A stretch of 64,000 nucleotides of DNA. It comes from Oscillospiraceae bacterium (GTDB lineage Bacteria; Bacillota; Clostridia; Oscillospirales; Ruminococcaceae). Each line of letters begins with the position of its first letter. Position 1 is the first letter of the stretch. Below, one piece after another: positions 1 through 9,504 of the stretch. Under the pieces are notes generated by a model. It made no database searches. It worked only from the letters and a program-made list of their open reading frames with translations, and had not been told where the DNA came from. A program made the position numbers and the translations under genes. Location of the stretch: positions 6,597 through 70,596 of the forward strand of contig CAXXEO010000015.1 of NCBI GenBank assembly GCA_963664585.2, written 5' to 3'.

Positions 1-659
1 TCATCCCGGATAATTTCATTATACATCTGAAGCGCGGTGAGGGGCGTCTTGAGCTGATGCGATATCTCTGAAATCGTATCCTTCAGAAATTCTTGGTTTT
101 GCTTCTCCTTCGTGAGATGGGCAGTCAGCGAAGTGGCCATTACATTGACAGTGGAAAAAAGCTTAGACAAGCTCCCCTCTTCACTATCGCTTAAGCGAAT
201 GTTGTGATCGCCTGATAAAAACTGTGAAAGATCAGCATTGGCCTTTTCAAGCTTTCTGCTTTGTCCGGCAACGAAAAGAAGCAGTGGCGCAAGTATTGCA
301 AGTGACAAGGTGACGGTCAGCAAAAGTGCCCTCACTGCGTATTCTTGATGAAAGCTTCTGACCTCGGGTATCAGGCTGCTGTTGACACTGCTGTCATATC
401 CCGTTGGCTGCAGTAGAGCCCGTCCTGCCGTTAGATCCTCATTTGTTTTCTCGGCTGTAAAGGCAGTAGCAATTTGCTGCTTTTCTAAACTATTACGATA
501 TAAGTACCCTGCGACTGCATAATCGTGTGAGATCATTTCTTTTTTAATATTCTCAGAAATAATGCCTGCCGCGACCTGTCCCGCTATAATGAAACATAGC
601 AGAATCATGATGACAGCAATCAAAAAATTCCTCACATCTTTTTGGGCGAATAGCTTCAT
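1..659 (-). CDS. sensor histidine kinase, N-terminal ~219 aa (remainder lies outside the window)
   Basis: Not in the ORF track because it runs off the edge. Minus-strand reading from ATG 657-659 gives MKLFAQKDVRNFLIAVIMILL..., with hydrophobic segments and a HisKA H-box (SHQLKTPLTALQMYNEII) near position 1. It lies directly downstream of the response regulator. Confidence 0.75.
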   Translation of the reverse strand, partial: MKLFAQKDVRNFLIAVIMILLCFIIAGQVAAGIISENIKKEMISHDYAVAGYLYRNSLEKQQIATAFTAEKTNEDLTAGRALLQPTGYDSSVNSSLIPEVRSFHQEYAVRALLLTVTLSLAILAPLLLFVAGQSRKLEKANADLSQFLSGDHNIRLSDSEEGSLSKLFSTVNVMATSLTAHLTKEKQNQEFLKDTISEISHQLKTPLTALQMYNEIIRD

Positions 660-668
660 CTTACAGCC

Positions 669-1355
669 TCATTTCATAACATCCCATTTATAGCCCAATC
701 TACGGATAGTAAGCAGAAACTTTGGAGTTTCAGGATCGTCTTCAATCTTGCTTCTGAGCCTGCGCACATATACGGACAGGGTATTGTCATCCACAAAACT
801 GCCATTACCATCCCAAAGCTTGTCCAGAATCATTTCTCTTGTTAATATAATATTGGGGTTTTGCATCAGCAGGCACAAAAGCCGATACTCGGCCGCTGTA
901 AGATCAAGCTCTTTTTGATCCTTAAATGCGCGGCCTTCCGCCAGTTTGACAGTAAACCCGTTGGACTGCAGTTCAGTATGCCCCTGGTCGGATATTTTGG
1001 CACGGCGAAGTAATGCGTGGATCCTGGATACAAGCTCATTTAATTTAAACGGCTTTGTAATGTAGTCGTCACCGCCAATATCAAGCCCCATTACAATATT
1101 CACTTCTTCATCGGAAGCAGTTAAAAAAATGATAGGCACAGCCGATGACTGCCGCACTTTTTTGCAGATTTCAAAACCACTGCCATCAGGCAGCGCTAGA
1201 TCAAGAATTAACAGGTCATATTTATGATCCCTGAGCATAGAAAAGGCTTCGTTCACAGTCCTGGTTATGCTGACATCAAAGCCATTCTTTTGAAGAGAAA
1301 ATTCAAGCCCGTCGATCAGGCTCAAATCATCTTCAACCAGCAATATACGGTTCAT
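669..1355 (-). CDS. OmpR/PhoB-family response regulator
   Basis: ORF 669..1373. Receiver motifs MNRILLVEDD and LLILDLALPDGSG, plus a winged-helix C-terminus. Start moved to ATG 1353-1355, behind an AAGGGAGG RBS. Confidence 0.9.
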   Translation of the reverse strand: MNRILLVEDDLSLIDGLEFSLQKNGFDVSITRTVNEAFSMLRDHKYDLLILDLALPDGSGFEICKKVRQSSAVPIIFLTASDEEVNIVMGLDIGGDDYITKPFKLNELVSRIHALLRRAKISDQGHTELQSNGFTVKLAEGRAFKDQKELDLTAAEYRLLCLLMQNPNIILTREMILDKLWDGNGSFVDDNTLSVYVRRLRSKIEDDPETPKFLLTIRRLGYKWDVMK

Positions 1356-1411
1356 GCAAAGCCTCCCTTTCATTATGTTTCTCTTGCTATTACAATGCTT
1401 GTTTTTTTATA

Positions 1412-2341
1412 TCACAAGTCCAAATCCCAACGCTCTTCCAAAACATCTTTTCCCCATTCTGGATTTTCGTGGGTTTGCGTGATCTCAAAGCCTTTGCTCT
1501 TATAGATGTGTCTCGCCGCTTGCAGAAAGCTGATTGTTTCAAGAAAAATGTGCTGATAACCTTTTTCTCGGCAGAAATCCAATACCATATCCACAAGTTT
1601 GTTTCCTAAGCCTCTCCCCCGTGTTTCCGGTTCAAGAAGAAAATATCTGAGCTGTGCAATTTTGTCATCCACTTTGACAATCACAATGCTTCCTACAGGA
1701 TGTCCATCCAATTCCGCTATCAGCATGCACTCTTTTTGGTCATCGAAATGTTCATAAAAGTAATGTACATTCTTTTCTACATAGCTCCTAAATACAGAGG
1801 ACAAGCCATATTCTTTTTCATATAAATCCTGATGGCGCATAATGACATAATCAATATCGCTTTTTATAAAATTCCGAATAATAATGGGACTGACTGCATT
1901 AGATATCCTGTTTTGAATGACTTCCATAGCATCCATCACTTCAATAAGCTCGGCTTGACTTAGCGTCTCAATCATTTTTTTAACCTGCGCATCAGATTTT
2001 TGACTCAGCTCATCGACTTCTTGTCTCCCCTTTTCTGTAAGCATGATACAGTTCACCCGACTGTCTTTTTGGGACTGAGTCTTTACAACAAGCTGATTCA
2101 GCTCAAACCGCTTAATGATTCGGCTCATATAACTGCAGTCGATATTCAGCTGATTTACCATGGTATTTGCAGTGCAATAATCCATTTTACCAATCTCAAA
2201 TAAAACCCGTGCTTCCGTCAAAGAATAGCCGCTGTCTAGGAGGTGTCGGTCAAGTAACCCTAGCACATTGGTATAAAAACGATTAAAGCTTCTGATGTGA
2301 GCAATAGAATCTGATCGATTTTTCATATCCATCTTCTCCAT
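1412..2341 (-). CDS. MarR-type HTH fused to a GNAT N-acetyltransferase
   Basis: ORF 1412..2422. The N-terminal half is MarR-like (RSFNRFYTNVLGLL...LTEARVLFEI). The C-terminal half is GNAT-like (LLEPETRGRGLGNKLV). The start is uncertain (2341 or 2326). Confidence 0.8.
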   Translation of the reverse strand: MEKMDMKNRSDSIAHIRSFNRFYTNVLGLLDRHLLDSGYSLTEARVLFEIGKMDYCTANTMVNQLNIDCSYMSRIIKRFELNQLVVKTQSQKDSRVNCIMLTEKGRQEVDELSQKSDAQVKKMIETLSQAELIEVMDAMEVIQNRISNAVSPIIIRNFIKSDIDYVIMRHQDLYEKEYGLSSVFRSYVEKNVHYFYEHFDDQKECMLIAELDGHPVGSIVIVKVDDKIAQLRYFLLEPETRGRGLGNKLVDMVLDFCREKGYQHIFLETISFLQAARHIYKSKGFEITQTHENPEWGKDVLEERWDLDL

Positions 2342-2447
2342 ACAATAAAATAATATAGTTGACTTTGTCCACAATTCTATTGTAGGAGGAATTGAAGACT
2401 TAGTCAACTGCAATGAAAACAAATTACCAAAATCGCTTGCTTGAGAT

Positions 2448-2554
2448 TATAGCCAATTAACTTAAAAACTGGCTATATATATAACGTCATTTTCTTCCCC
2501 CGCCTTCGGCGGGGGAAGAAATCACAAGCTTGTTTTCAAATTAATCAACTATAT
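2448..2554 (+). repeat. F1 repeat copy, orientation A
   Basis: TATAGCCAATTAACTTAAAAACTGGCTATA...TTCTTCCCCCGCCTTCGGCGGGGGAAGAA...ACAAGCTTGT...TTAATCAACTATA, in a divergent intergenic region. Confidence 0.9.
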
Positions 2555-2729
2555 CATAGCGAAATATAAAACATGTACAAGAGTGGTAAGTCCTTGTCAA
2601 TTGAGAAATGCTTTTTTCATTCGAAAGACAGTCAGACTTTTATTGAAAGGGATACTGCCTTGTTATATAATCAATTATGCGACAACATATTTGTATTTAA
2701 CGAAACCTAAAAGTGCAAAGGGGTCAATT

Positions 2730-3179
2730 ATGGAGCTTCACTACATACCAACATTCGCATCAAAAGAAGACATTGAAATCTGGATGGAGCTTGTCGAACT
2801 GGTACAGGACAACTTCCCCGGTTTAGTCATCGAGGATTATAAGAAAGCGTTGGAACAAAGCATCACACAGAAGATGGCGCTTCTTGTAAAAACAGAAGGT
2901 AAAGCAGTGGGTACGATGCTGTTTTCTTATCAAAACAATGAAATATGCTTTCTTGCGGTGCACCCCCAGTACAGACAAAACGGTATTGCGACTGCATTAG
3001 TAACCGAAATGCTAAAACAGCTGCCGGAAGAGGCAAAAATCACCGTAAGCACATTCCGGCAAGATGACCCAAAAGGGAAAGCAGCACGGGCATTTTACAC
3101 GAATCTGGGTTTTACACCGGGAGCGCTCATAGAAGAATTCGGGTATCACTGTCAACAATTTGTTTATACCCGAAAGTAA
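2730..3179 (+). CDS. GNAT family N-acetyltransferase
   Basis: ORF 2583..3179, trimmed to ATG 2730 behind an AAAGGGG RBS. Acetyl-CoA motif VHPQYRQNGIATALV. Confidence 0.8.
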   Translation: MELHYIPTFASKEDIEIWMELVELVQDNFPGLVIEDYKKALEQSITQKMALLVKTEGKAVGTMLFSYQNNEICFLAVHPQYRQNGIATALVTEMLKQLPEEAKITVSTFRQDDPKGKAARAFYTNLGFTPGALIEEFGYHCQQFVYTRK

Positions 3180-3252
3180 TTAAAAATAGAGCAATACAGG
3201 TCAAGAAAACCTTCCTCCCAGCATGGTATTCTTTTTAGCAGGAGGTGAGATT

Positions 3253-4155
3253 ATGGAAAGCTGGGAAAAGATAGTTGCCGTGCAGCATATGCAGGATTAT
3301 ATCGAAGAGCATATGACAGAAACGATCACCCTCTTAATGCTGGCAAGTGCCGCCGGGTATTCGCCTTGGCACAGTGCGAGGATCTTCAAAGAGATTACAG
3401 GCAAAGCACCATTTGAATACATCCGCACCTTGCGCTTGTCCCATGCGGCCGCTAAACTGCATGATGAGGATGTCAAGATTATTGATGTAGCATTTGACTT
3501 TGTCTTTGATTCGCACGAAGGCTTCACAAGAGCATTCTCGCGAGAGTTTGGCATGACTCCGAAATACTACAGCAAGAACACGCCGCTGTTAAAGCTCTTT
3601 CTTCCCAGCCATGCCCGTGATTATTACCTTACTCAGCAAAAAGGAGATGGCAAAATGGCAAAAGATCTTCATACTGTATTTGTTCAGGTGGTTGACCGTC
3701 CAGCAAGAAAGCTGATTTTAAAGCGCGGCATCAAAGCGGCACATTACTTTGAATTCTGTGAGGAAGTCGGCTGCGAAGTATGGGATGTCCTTTCTGGCAT
3801 TAAAGAAGCTCTATATGAGCCAATTGGCATGTGGTTGCCGGAAAGCTTAAAAAAGCCCGGCACGTCGGTGTACACACAGGGTGTAGAAGTAGCTGAAGAT
3901 TATTCTGGTAAAGTACCTGAGGGATATGAATTGGTTCATCTGGCACCGTGCAAGATGATGGTTTTTCAGGGCCCGCCCTATGACGATGAGAAATTCGAAG
4001 AGGCAATCAGCGAGCTTTGGGAAGTGATGAAAAGCTATAACCCCGTGCTTTATGGCTTTGAATGGGCCGATGAGGATGGACCTAGATTTCAACTTGCACC
4101 GATGGGATACCGGGGTTATATAGAAGCGAGACCGGTTCGTCAGTTGGGCAAATAA
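3253..4155 (+). CDS. AraC-family transcriptional regulator with GyrI-like effector-binding domain
   Basis: ORF 3223..4155. Start at ATG 3253 after GGAGGTGAG. AraC HTH (SPWHSARIFKEITGKAPFEYIRTLRL...GFTRAFSREFGMTP) followed by a ~150-aa C-terminal ligand-binding-type domain. Confidence 0.85.
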   Translation: MESWEKIVAVQHMQDYIEEHMTETITLLMLASAAGYSPWHSARIFKEITGKAPFEYIRTLRLSHAAAKLHDEDVKIIDVAFDFVFDSHEGFTRAFSREFGMTPKYYSKNTPLLKLFLPSHARDYYLTQQKGDGKMAKDLHTVFVQVVDRPARKLILKRGIKAAHYFEFCEEVGCEVWDVLSGIKEALYEPIGMWLPESLKKPGTSVYTQGVEVAEDYSGKVPEGYELVHLAPCKMMVFQGPPYDDEKFEEAISELWEVMKSYNPVLYGFEWADEDGPRFQLAPMGYRGYIEARPVRQLGK

Positions 4156-4258
4156 AGCCAATTAACTTAAAAACTGGGTATATATAAAACGTCATTTTCT
4201 TCCCCCGCCTTCGGCGGGGGAAGAAATCACAAGCTTGTTTTCAAATTAATCAACTATA
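4153..4258 (+). repeat. F1 repeat copy, orientation A
   Basis: Begins TAAAGCCAATTAAC (consensus TATAGCC...). Its first 3 nt are the TAA stop of the AraC gene. Confidence 0.9.
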
Positions 4259-4347
4259 AAAATTCAATTCTTTCTTTACGAACGTCTTCCGATTTATTTC
4301 GGGTGGCGTTTTCTTCGCTCATAAAGTTTATGATTTCAAATCCCCCC

Positions 4348-4376
4348 TTGACATTTTCTATCATTTACAATACTAT
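4348..4376 (+). promoter_or_regulatory. sigma-A-type promoter, TTGACA-17-TACTAT
   Basis: TTGACA at 4348-4353, a 17-nt spacer, TACTAT at 4371-4376, about 65 nt upstream of ATG 4441. Confidence 0.55.
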
Positions 4377-4381
4377 GTACT

Positions 4382-4418
4382 TAGTGGTTTAGTAATTTAG
4401 TAATTTAGTAATTTAATA
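4382..4418 (+). repeat. 8-bp tandem repeat TAGTAATT, about 4.5 units, in the predicted 5' leader
   Basis: TAGTGGTT TAGTAATT TAGTAATT TAGTAATT TAATA, read directly. It lies between the predicted promoter and the RBS of the 4441 gene. Confidence 0.85.
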
Positions 4419-4440
4419 AACATTTAGTGAGGGATCAAAT

Positions 4441-4920
4441 ATGAAAATACCAACTACTTTAAAACACAAGCCGGTGATTGTATCCGAAAACTATGAAAAT
4501 GTTGACGGAAGAAACGCTTATAAATCCGATGCAAAAGGACTTTCCCTTGGTCTGGCGCAATGGAATGATCGCGGGAAGGTGGATATTTCTGCAAAGGTAT
4601 GGCGATATACGGGGGAAAAATGGTCGCGTCAGTCAGAAGAATTGCCCCTGCACAGAGTTATTGATCTGGCCATACTGGTTTGCCGGGCAAAGCAGCATTT
4701 CAAAGAAGCATACCGTTTTCAAAAGCTATATGACACTGAAAAGACAACAATCGACCGCATCGGCTTACAGGGCGACGTCATGACGGTTTCGATTTGTACA
4801 GATAATCCGATGATTGATGAGGACATCAAGCTGTTTTCGTCAGTCCTCAGCACCGATGATGAATTAATTGGCGAGCGTCTCTTTACCCTTTCGCGCATAC
4901 TGAAAGAAATGGGGTATTGA
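4441..4920 (+). CDS. conserved hypothetical protein (possibly a DUF6530-type family; name not certain)
   Basis: 159-aa ORF with a GTGAGGG RBS. No catalytic motif recognised. Confidence 0.5.
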   Translation: MKIPTTLKHKPVIVSENYENVDGRNAYKSDAKGLSLGLAQWNDRGKVDISAKVWRYTGEKWSRQSEELPLHRVIDLAILVCRAKQHFKEAYRFQKLYDTEKTTIDRIGLQGDVMTVSICTDNPMIDEDIKLFSSVLSTDDELIGERLFTLSRILKEMGY

Positions 4921-4923
4921 CAG

Positions 4924-5268
4924 ATGGAAAAGCAAAGCAAAAAAGAGCTGCTGGCAGCTTATAAAGAGCGTGCTATTATAGGCGGCGTTTATGCGATAAA
5001 AAATACAGCAAACGGAAAAATCCTTTTACAGTCCGCCGCTGATTTATATGGTTGTAAAAACCGCTTTGAGTTTGCACAGAAAACGGGAGGCTGTGCTGCT
5101 TTACAATTGCATGAAGACTGGAAAATATTCGGTGCTGTCGCCTTTACATTTGAAATATTGGAGCAGCTGGAGAAAAAGGATACACAAACTTTGAAAGAGT
5201 TTAGCCAAGACATTGAAGTTTTAAAAGAAATTTGGCTTGAAAAGCTGGCTGCCATTGAGCTTTATTGA
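4924..5268 (+). CDS. small GIY-YIG-like domain protein
   Basis: 114 aa. GVYAIKNTANGKILLQS...KNRFEF...FEILE resembles the GIY-(10-11 aa)-YIG, Arg and Glu pattern. Starts 4 nt after the previous stop. Confidence 0.5.
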   Translation: MEKQSKKELLAAYKERAIIGGVYAIKNTANGKILLQSAADLYGCKNRFEFAQKTGGCAALQLHEDWKIFGAVAFTFEILEQLEKKDTQTLKEFSQDIEVLKEIWLEKLAAIELY

Positions 5269-5282
5269 CAGGAGGATTGACG

Positions 5283-5558
5283 ATGCGTTCGATTGCAACG
5301 TTTTTGGATGAAGCAGGAAAGATTAAGAAGCTCCCAGCAAAAAGAGAGCCCAGACGTGCTGTCTTAGAGTATCTTGCCACCAGGTTTTCCTGTGACAGGG
5401 ATTATACAGAAAAAGAAGTAAACGTAATCATTGACAGCTGGCACACCTTCGGCGATTATTTTGTACTGCGACGTGAACTGATCGAGCAGAAGTTCCTTTG
5501 CAGAACAAGAGATGGCTCACGATACTGGAAAGAGGAAGTTGCTGCTATAGCCAATTAA
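5283..5558 (+). CDS. DUF2087-like domain protein
   Basis: ORF 5265..5558, trimmed to ATG 5283 after AGGAGG. YTEKEVNVIIDSWHTFGDYFVLRRELIE resembles DUF2087. The last four codons (ATA GCC AAT TAA) are F1 repeat sequence. Confidence 0.55.
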   Translation: MRSIATFLDEAGKIKKLPAKREPRRAVLEYLATRFSCDRDYTEKEVNVIIDSWHTFGDYFVLRRELIEQKFLCRTRDGSRYWKEEVAAIAN

Positions 5559-5644
5559 CTTAAAAACTGGCTATATATAAAACGTCATTTTCTTCCCCCG
5601 CCTTCGGCGGTGGAAGAAATCACAAGCTTGTTTTCAAGTTAATC
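5546..5644 (+). repeat. F1 repeat copy, orientation A, split by IS30-family copy 1 (remaining 11 bp at 6698..6708)
   Basis: The F1 sequence runs to ...CAAGTTAATC, then the IS end GCTACATTG. AATCAACTATA resumes after the IS. Confidence 0.9.
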
Positions 5645-6697
5645 GCTACATTGTAAAATGAAATGCGACAGAAAAAAGATAGCCCAAGGCAGCCAAAACG
5701 TGTAGAATAGAGTTTGCAACAACAACATTCACACAAGGAGGCAGCCATGAGCCACCACCATTTTACAACATTCGAACGAGGAAAGATAGAGGAACTCCGT
5801 CAAATCGGATATACGACCCGGAAAATCGCATCACGTCTGGGATGTCACCACAGCAGTATCGCTAGAGAATTGAAACGTTTTTGCGGTGCCCGAGCGTATA
5901 ACGCAGAAGAAGCACAACTGGATTACCAGAAGAAACGGCACAACAGCAAACCTCAAGGGAAATGGAACGAGGAGTTGTGCGCAGCTGTGGCAGAAAAGCT
6001 GAAAGAGACCTGGTCGCCAGAACAAATATCACATACCGTTACTTCAAGCCAACTGAGCTTTAAAACCATATACAACTGGCTTTATGCCGGACGACTGAAC
6101 GGACTTACCGCAGATGTGCTGCGCCGTAATGGAAAAAAGAGAAGCTGTAAAAATCTTGCGCATTATGCTCGTGGTACTTCTATCCGCAAGAGACCCAAAG
6201 AGGTATATACCAGAGAAACATTTGGGCATTGGGAACTTGATACGGTGGTTTTCTCTAGGGGTTCCAGCGGTTGCTTGGCCACCTTTGTGGAATGAAAAAC
6301 AAGGTTCTATACAGCCGTTCCCATTCCTGATCGAACGGCAGCTTCCATGGAAGCTGCAATCAAGCACCTGCACACTTTATTGCCACAAGGCACATTCAAA
6401 ACAGCAACAACAGATCGTGGCGGTGAATTTGCCTGTTATGATGTAATCCAGAAAGATCTAGGCTTAACTCTTTATTTCGCTGATCCATATTGTCCGCATC
6501 AGAGAGGAAGCAATGAGTACGGTAACGGTTTGCTCAGAGAGTTCTTTCCGAAAGGTACTGTTCTGTCCACTGTTTCTCATCAAAACCTATCTTCTTCTCT
6601 TCTGCTTATAAACAACAGACCCCGAAAATGTCTTAATTGGAATACACCTTCCCAGCTCTTTCTACTCGAACTGTCGCATTTGGCTTGACAATGTAGC
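5645..6697 (+). mobile_element. IS30-family insertion sequence, copy 1 (1053 bp), transposase inactivated
   Basis: Inverted repeats GCTACATTGTAAAATGAAATGCGACAG and CTGTCGCATTTGGCTTGACAATGTAGC. AATC is duplicated on both flanks. Confidence 0.9.
5747..6688 (+). pseudogene. IS30-family transposase with a nonsense mutation
   Basis: TGA at 6293-6295 where copy 3 has CGA, splitting the ORF into 5714..6295 and 6347..6688. Confidence 0.85.
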
Positions 6698-6805
6698 AAT
6701 CAACTATAGTGCTGACGCTGATCATTCGGAGAATTGACTTAGCCTGATGCATTTTAAATCCCGCCGGTTTACCGCTATTTTGGAACGCCTTTCGACATAG
6801 AAACA

Positions 6806-6847
6806 CCCCCAAAGCTAAACAGTATATATACTGTTTAGCTTTGGGGG
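6806..6847 (-). terminator. long perfect hairpin downstream of the kinase gene
   Basis: CCCCCAAAGCTAAACAGTAT AT ATACTGTTTAGCTTTGGGGG, a ~20-bp stem. On the minus strand it is followed by TGTTTCT. Confidence 0.6.
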
Positions 6848-6860
6848 TACAGCAGATTTG

Positions 6861-8300
6861 CTAGTTATTTTGATGGTAGAATTCCAGATACCGCTGATAA
6901 CGGCGTTGGTATTTTTCCCGGTTTTCCGGATGAGGGGCAATGATAAACTCTTGCCCGTTATCGAATTCCTCCAGATGTGAGATTTCGCCCATGGCAAGCA
7001 TTCCCAAACCGGCGGCTCCTAACAAAGAAGCCTGCTCATTATCGGAGACTTTCATTTCCTTTTGAAAAATATCTGCCAGCATTTGCAGCCATACGGGAGA
7101 TCTTACAATGCCGCCCGACACCTTGATCGCCTTAGGGATCGCATTTTCTTTGATAAGAACCTCATAGCACTGGAACAAATTGAACAAAACGCCTTCCAGA
7201 ATGCTGCCGTAAAGGTCACCTACAGTATGGGTGTTTTTGAGTTCTTTAAATCCGCCTAAACGCTTATCATCCCAGCCGGGGCTTCTTTCACCAAAAAGAA
7301 ACGGCAGAAAGATCGGCAGATCGTGATCATCCCGGGTGATCATTTCGTCCAGCTGGCGCAGGGAATAAGCATTTGCCATCACGCGGCCCGCAAACCACTC
7401 AAGACAGTTCGTGCTTCCTGAGGTTGCGGCCCCTACCAACCACTTTCCGGGTGCAAAATAACACCAAAGGCTTGGGACATCGGACATATAAGGACGGTCA
7501 TAAGCAACACGCAAAGCACCGCTGGTTCCTACGGAAAGGGTCATGATCCCATTTTTTAAAGCACCGCTCCCCACCTGATTCAGGGCGCCATCCGGATGCG
7601 CAGAAAGAACGGGGATGTCTTCTCTCACGCCCAGAAGCTGTGCGTACTGCGCAAGAAGCGGCTGCGTATAGGTATGGTCAACGAGTTTAGGCAGATTGCT
7701 TTTTTGCGTTTCTGTTATTTCAAGAGCATTTTGGTCCCAGTCAAGGGTATGTATGTTTAAAAGACCGGTTCCCGATGCGTTTGAAATGGATTGTGCCACA
7801 TCCCCCGTCAATTTGGAAAAAATATAACTTCCCTGATCTATAATCATATCCCCGGGCAAAATCTGAAGGCCGCTTTTCTTCAGATGTATCAGCTTAAATA
7901 ATGGATACATTGCATGAACCATGCCGCCGGTACTGTGATAATGCCGTATCGCCCAGTCGGTATCCCTTCGAAGCTCTTCTGCCTCGGCATAGGCTCCGGT
8001 GTAGGCCCATGTAAACGCACGTGTTTTGGGAATGAGATTTTGATCCACTACAAGAAGGTTATGCCAAGTACACGAGATACTGATACAGTCAATCGGATTA
8101 TCGCATATAAGCTCCCGGCCCACCTTCAGGATATATTCGAACACCTGATCAGCATCCTGACTAACAACATCGCTGCAAGACTCATCATAAGGAATCGTCC
8201 TTGTTTTGACGGGGCCGCTTAAACTGTTATAGATCATCGCTTTCGCAGAAGAAGTACTGGCCTCCAATATGAGTATATTCAAACTTAAAATCACTCCCAT
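6861..8300 (-). CDS. FGGY-family carbohydrate kinase (gluconokinase-like)
   Basis: 479 aa. FGGY features include FLPFLFGERSPGWD and GGIVRSPVWLQMLADIF. The N-terminal phosphate-1 motif is diverged (LILEASTSSAKA). Confidence 0.7.
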   Translation of the reverse strand: MGVILSLNILILEASTSSAKAMIYNSLSGPVKTRTIPYDESCSDVVSQDADQVFEYILKVGRELICDNPIDCISISCTWHNLLVVDQNLIPKTRAFTWAYTGAYAEAEELRRDTDWAIRHYHSTGGMVHAMYPLFKLIHLKKSGLQILPGDMIIDQGSYIFSKLTGDVAQSISNASGTGLLNIHTLDWDQNALEITETQKSNLPKLVDHTYTQPLLAQYAQLLGVREDIPVLSAHPDGALNQVGSGALKNGIMTLSVGTSGALRVAYDRPYMSDVPSLWCYFAPGKWLVGAATSGSTNCLEWFAGRVMANAYSLRQLDEMITRDDHDLPIFLPFLFGERSPGWDDKRLGGFKELKNTHTVGDLYGSILEGVLFNLFQCYEVLIKENAIPKAIKVSGGIVRSPVWLQMLADIFQKEMKVSDNEQASLLGAAGLGMLAMGEISHLEEFDNGQEFIIAPHPENREKYQRRYQRYLEFYHQNN

Positions 8301-8452
8301 ATCAATCTATACGATTAGTTCGTTTTTATTGAATTTTTCATCTTAAAGCCTTTTAAAAGCAAAGAATCATCCGATTTAAACAGCATAACCTGAAGCCATT
8401 TATCAAACAAAGTAAAGGTTGGCCTTTAAAGATATTGCTTCTATAGTTGATT

Positions 8453-9504
8453 GCTACATTGTAAAATGAAATGCGACAGAAAAAAGATAGCCCAAGGCAG
8501 CCAAAACGTGTAGAATAGAGTTTGCAACAACAACATTCACACAAGGAGGCAGCCATGAGCCACCACCATTTTACAACATTCGAACGAGGAAAGATAGAGG
8601 AACTCCGTCAAATCGGATATACGACCCGGAAAATCGCATCACGTCTGGGATGTCACACAGCAGTATCGCTAGAGAATTGAAACGTTTTTACGGTGCCCGA
8701 GCGTATAACGCAGAAGAAGCACAACTGGATTACCAGAAGAAACGGCACAACAGCAAACCTCAAGGGAAATGGAACGAGGAGTTGTGCGCAGTTGTGGCAG
8801 AAAAGCTGAAAGAGACCTGGTCGCCAGAACAAATATCACATACCGTTACTTCAAGCCAACTGAGCTTTAAAACAATATACAACTGGCTTTATGCCGGACG
8901 ACTGAACGGACTCACCGCAGATGTGCTGCGCCGTAATGGAAAAAAGAGAAGCTGTAAAAATCTTGCGCATTATGCTCGTGGTACTTCTATCCGCAAGAGA
9001 CCGAAAGAGGTATATACCAGAGAAACATTTGGGCATTGGGAACTTGATACGGTGGTTTCCTCTAGGGGTTCCAGTAGTTGCTTGGCCACCTTTGTGGAAC
9101 GAAAAACAAGGTTCTATACAGCCGTTCCCATTCCTGATCGAACGGCAGCTTCCATGGAAGCTGCAATCAAGCACCTGCACACTTTATTGCCACAAGGCAC
9201 ATTCAAAACAGCAACAACAGATCGTGGCGGTGAATTTGCCTGTTATGATGTAATCCAGAAAGATCTAGGCTTAACTCTTTATTTCGCTGATCCATATTGT
9301 CCGCGTCAGAGAGGAAGCAATGAGTACGGTAACGGTTTGCTCAGAGAGTTCTTTCCGAAAGGTACTGTTCTGTCAACTGTTTCTCATCAAAACCTGTCTT
9401 CTTCTCTTCTGCTTATAAACAATAGACCCCGAAAATGTCTTAATTGGAATACACCTTCCCAGCTCTTTCTACTCGAACTGTCGCATTTGGCTTGACAATG
9501 TAGC
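8453..9504 (+). mobile_element. IS30-family insertion sequence, copy 2 (1052 bp), transposase frameshifted
   Basis: Same inverted repeats as copy 1. Flanked by TATAGTTGATT and GATTAACTTG, so it sits inside an orientation-B F1 copy with GATT duplicated. Confidence 0.9.
8555..9495 (+). pseudogene. IS30-family transposase with a 1-nt deletion
   Basis: GATGTCACACAGC near 8656 versus GATGTCACCACAGC in copies 1 and 3. Only the 281-aa ORF 8650..9495 remains open. Confidence 0.85.

Noticed and set aside
2448-5644. Integron-like cassette array, with F1 acting as an attC site. F1 follows ORFs and contains AATTAAC ... GTTAATC, reminiscent of RYYYAAC / GTTRRRY.
   Set aside because: Both core-like motifs deviate from the consensus. 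F1 occurs in both orientations next to large housekeeping operons on both strands. There is no intI integrase or attI in the window, and the cassettes carry their own promoters and regulators.
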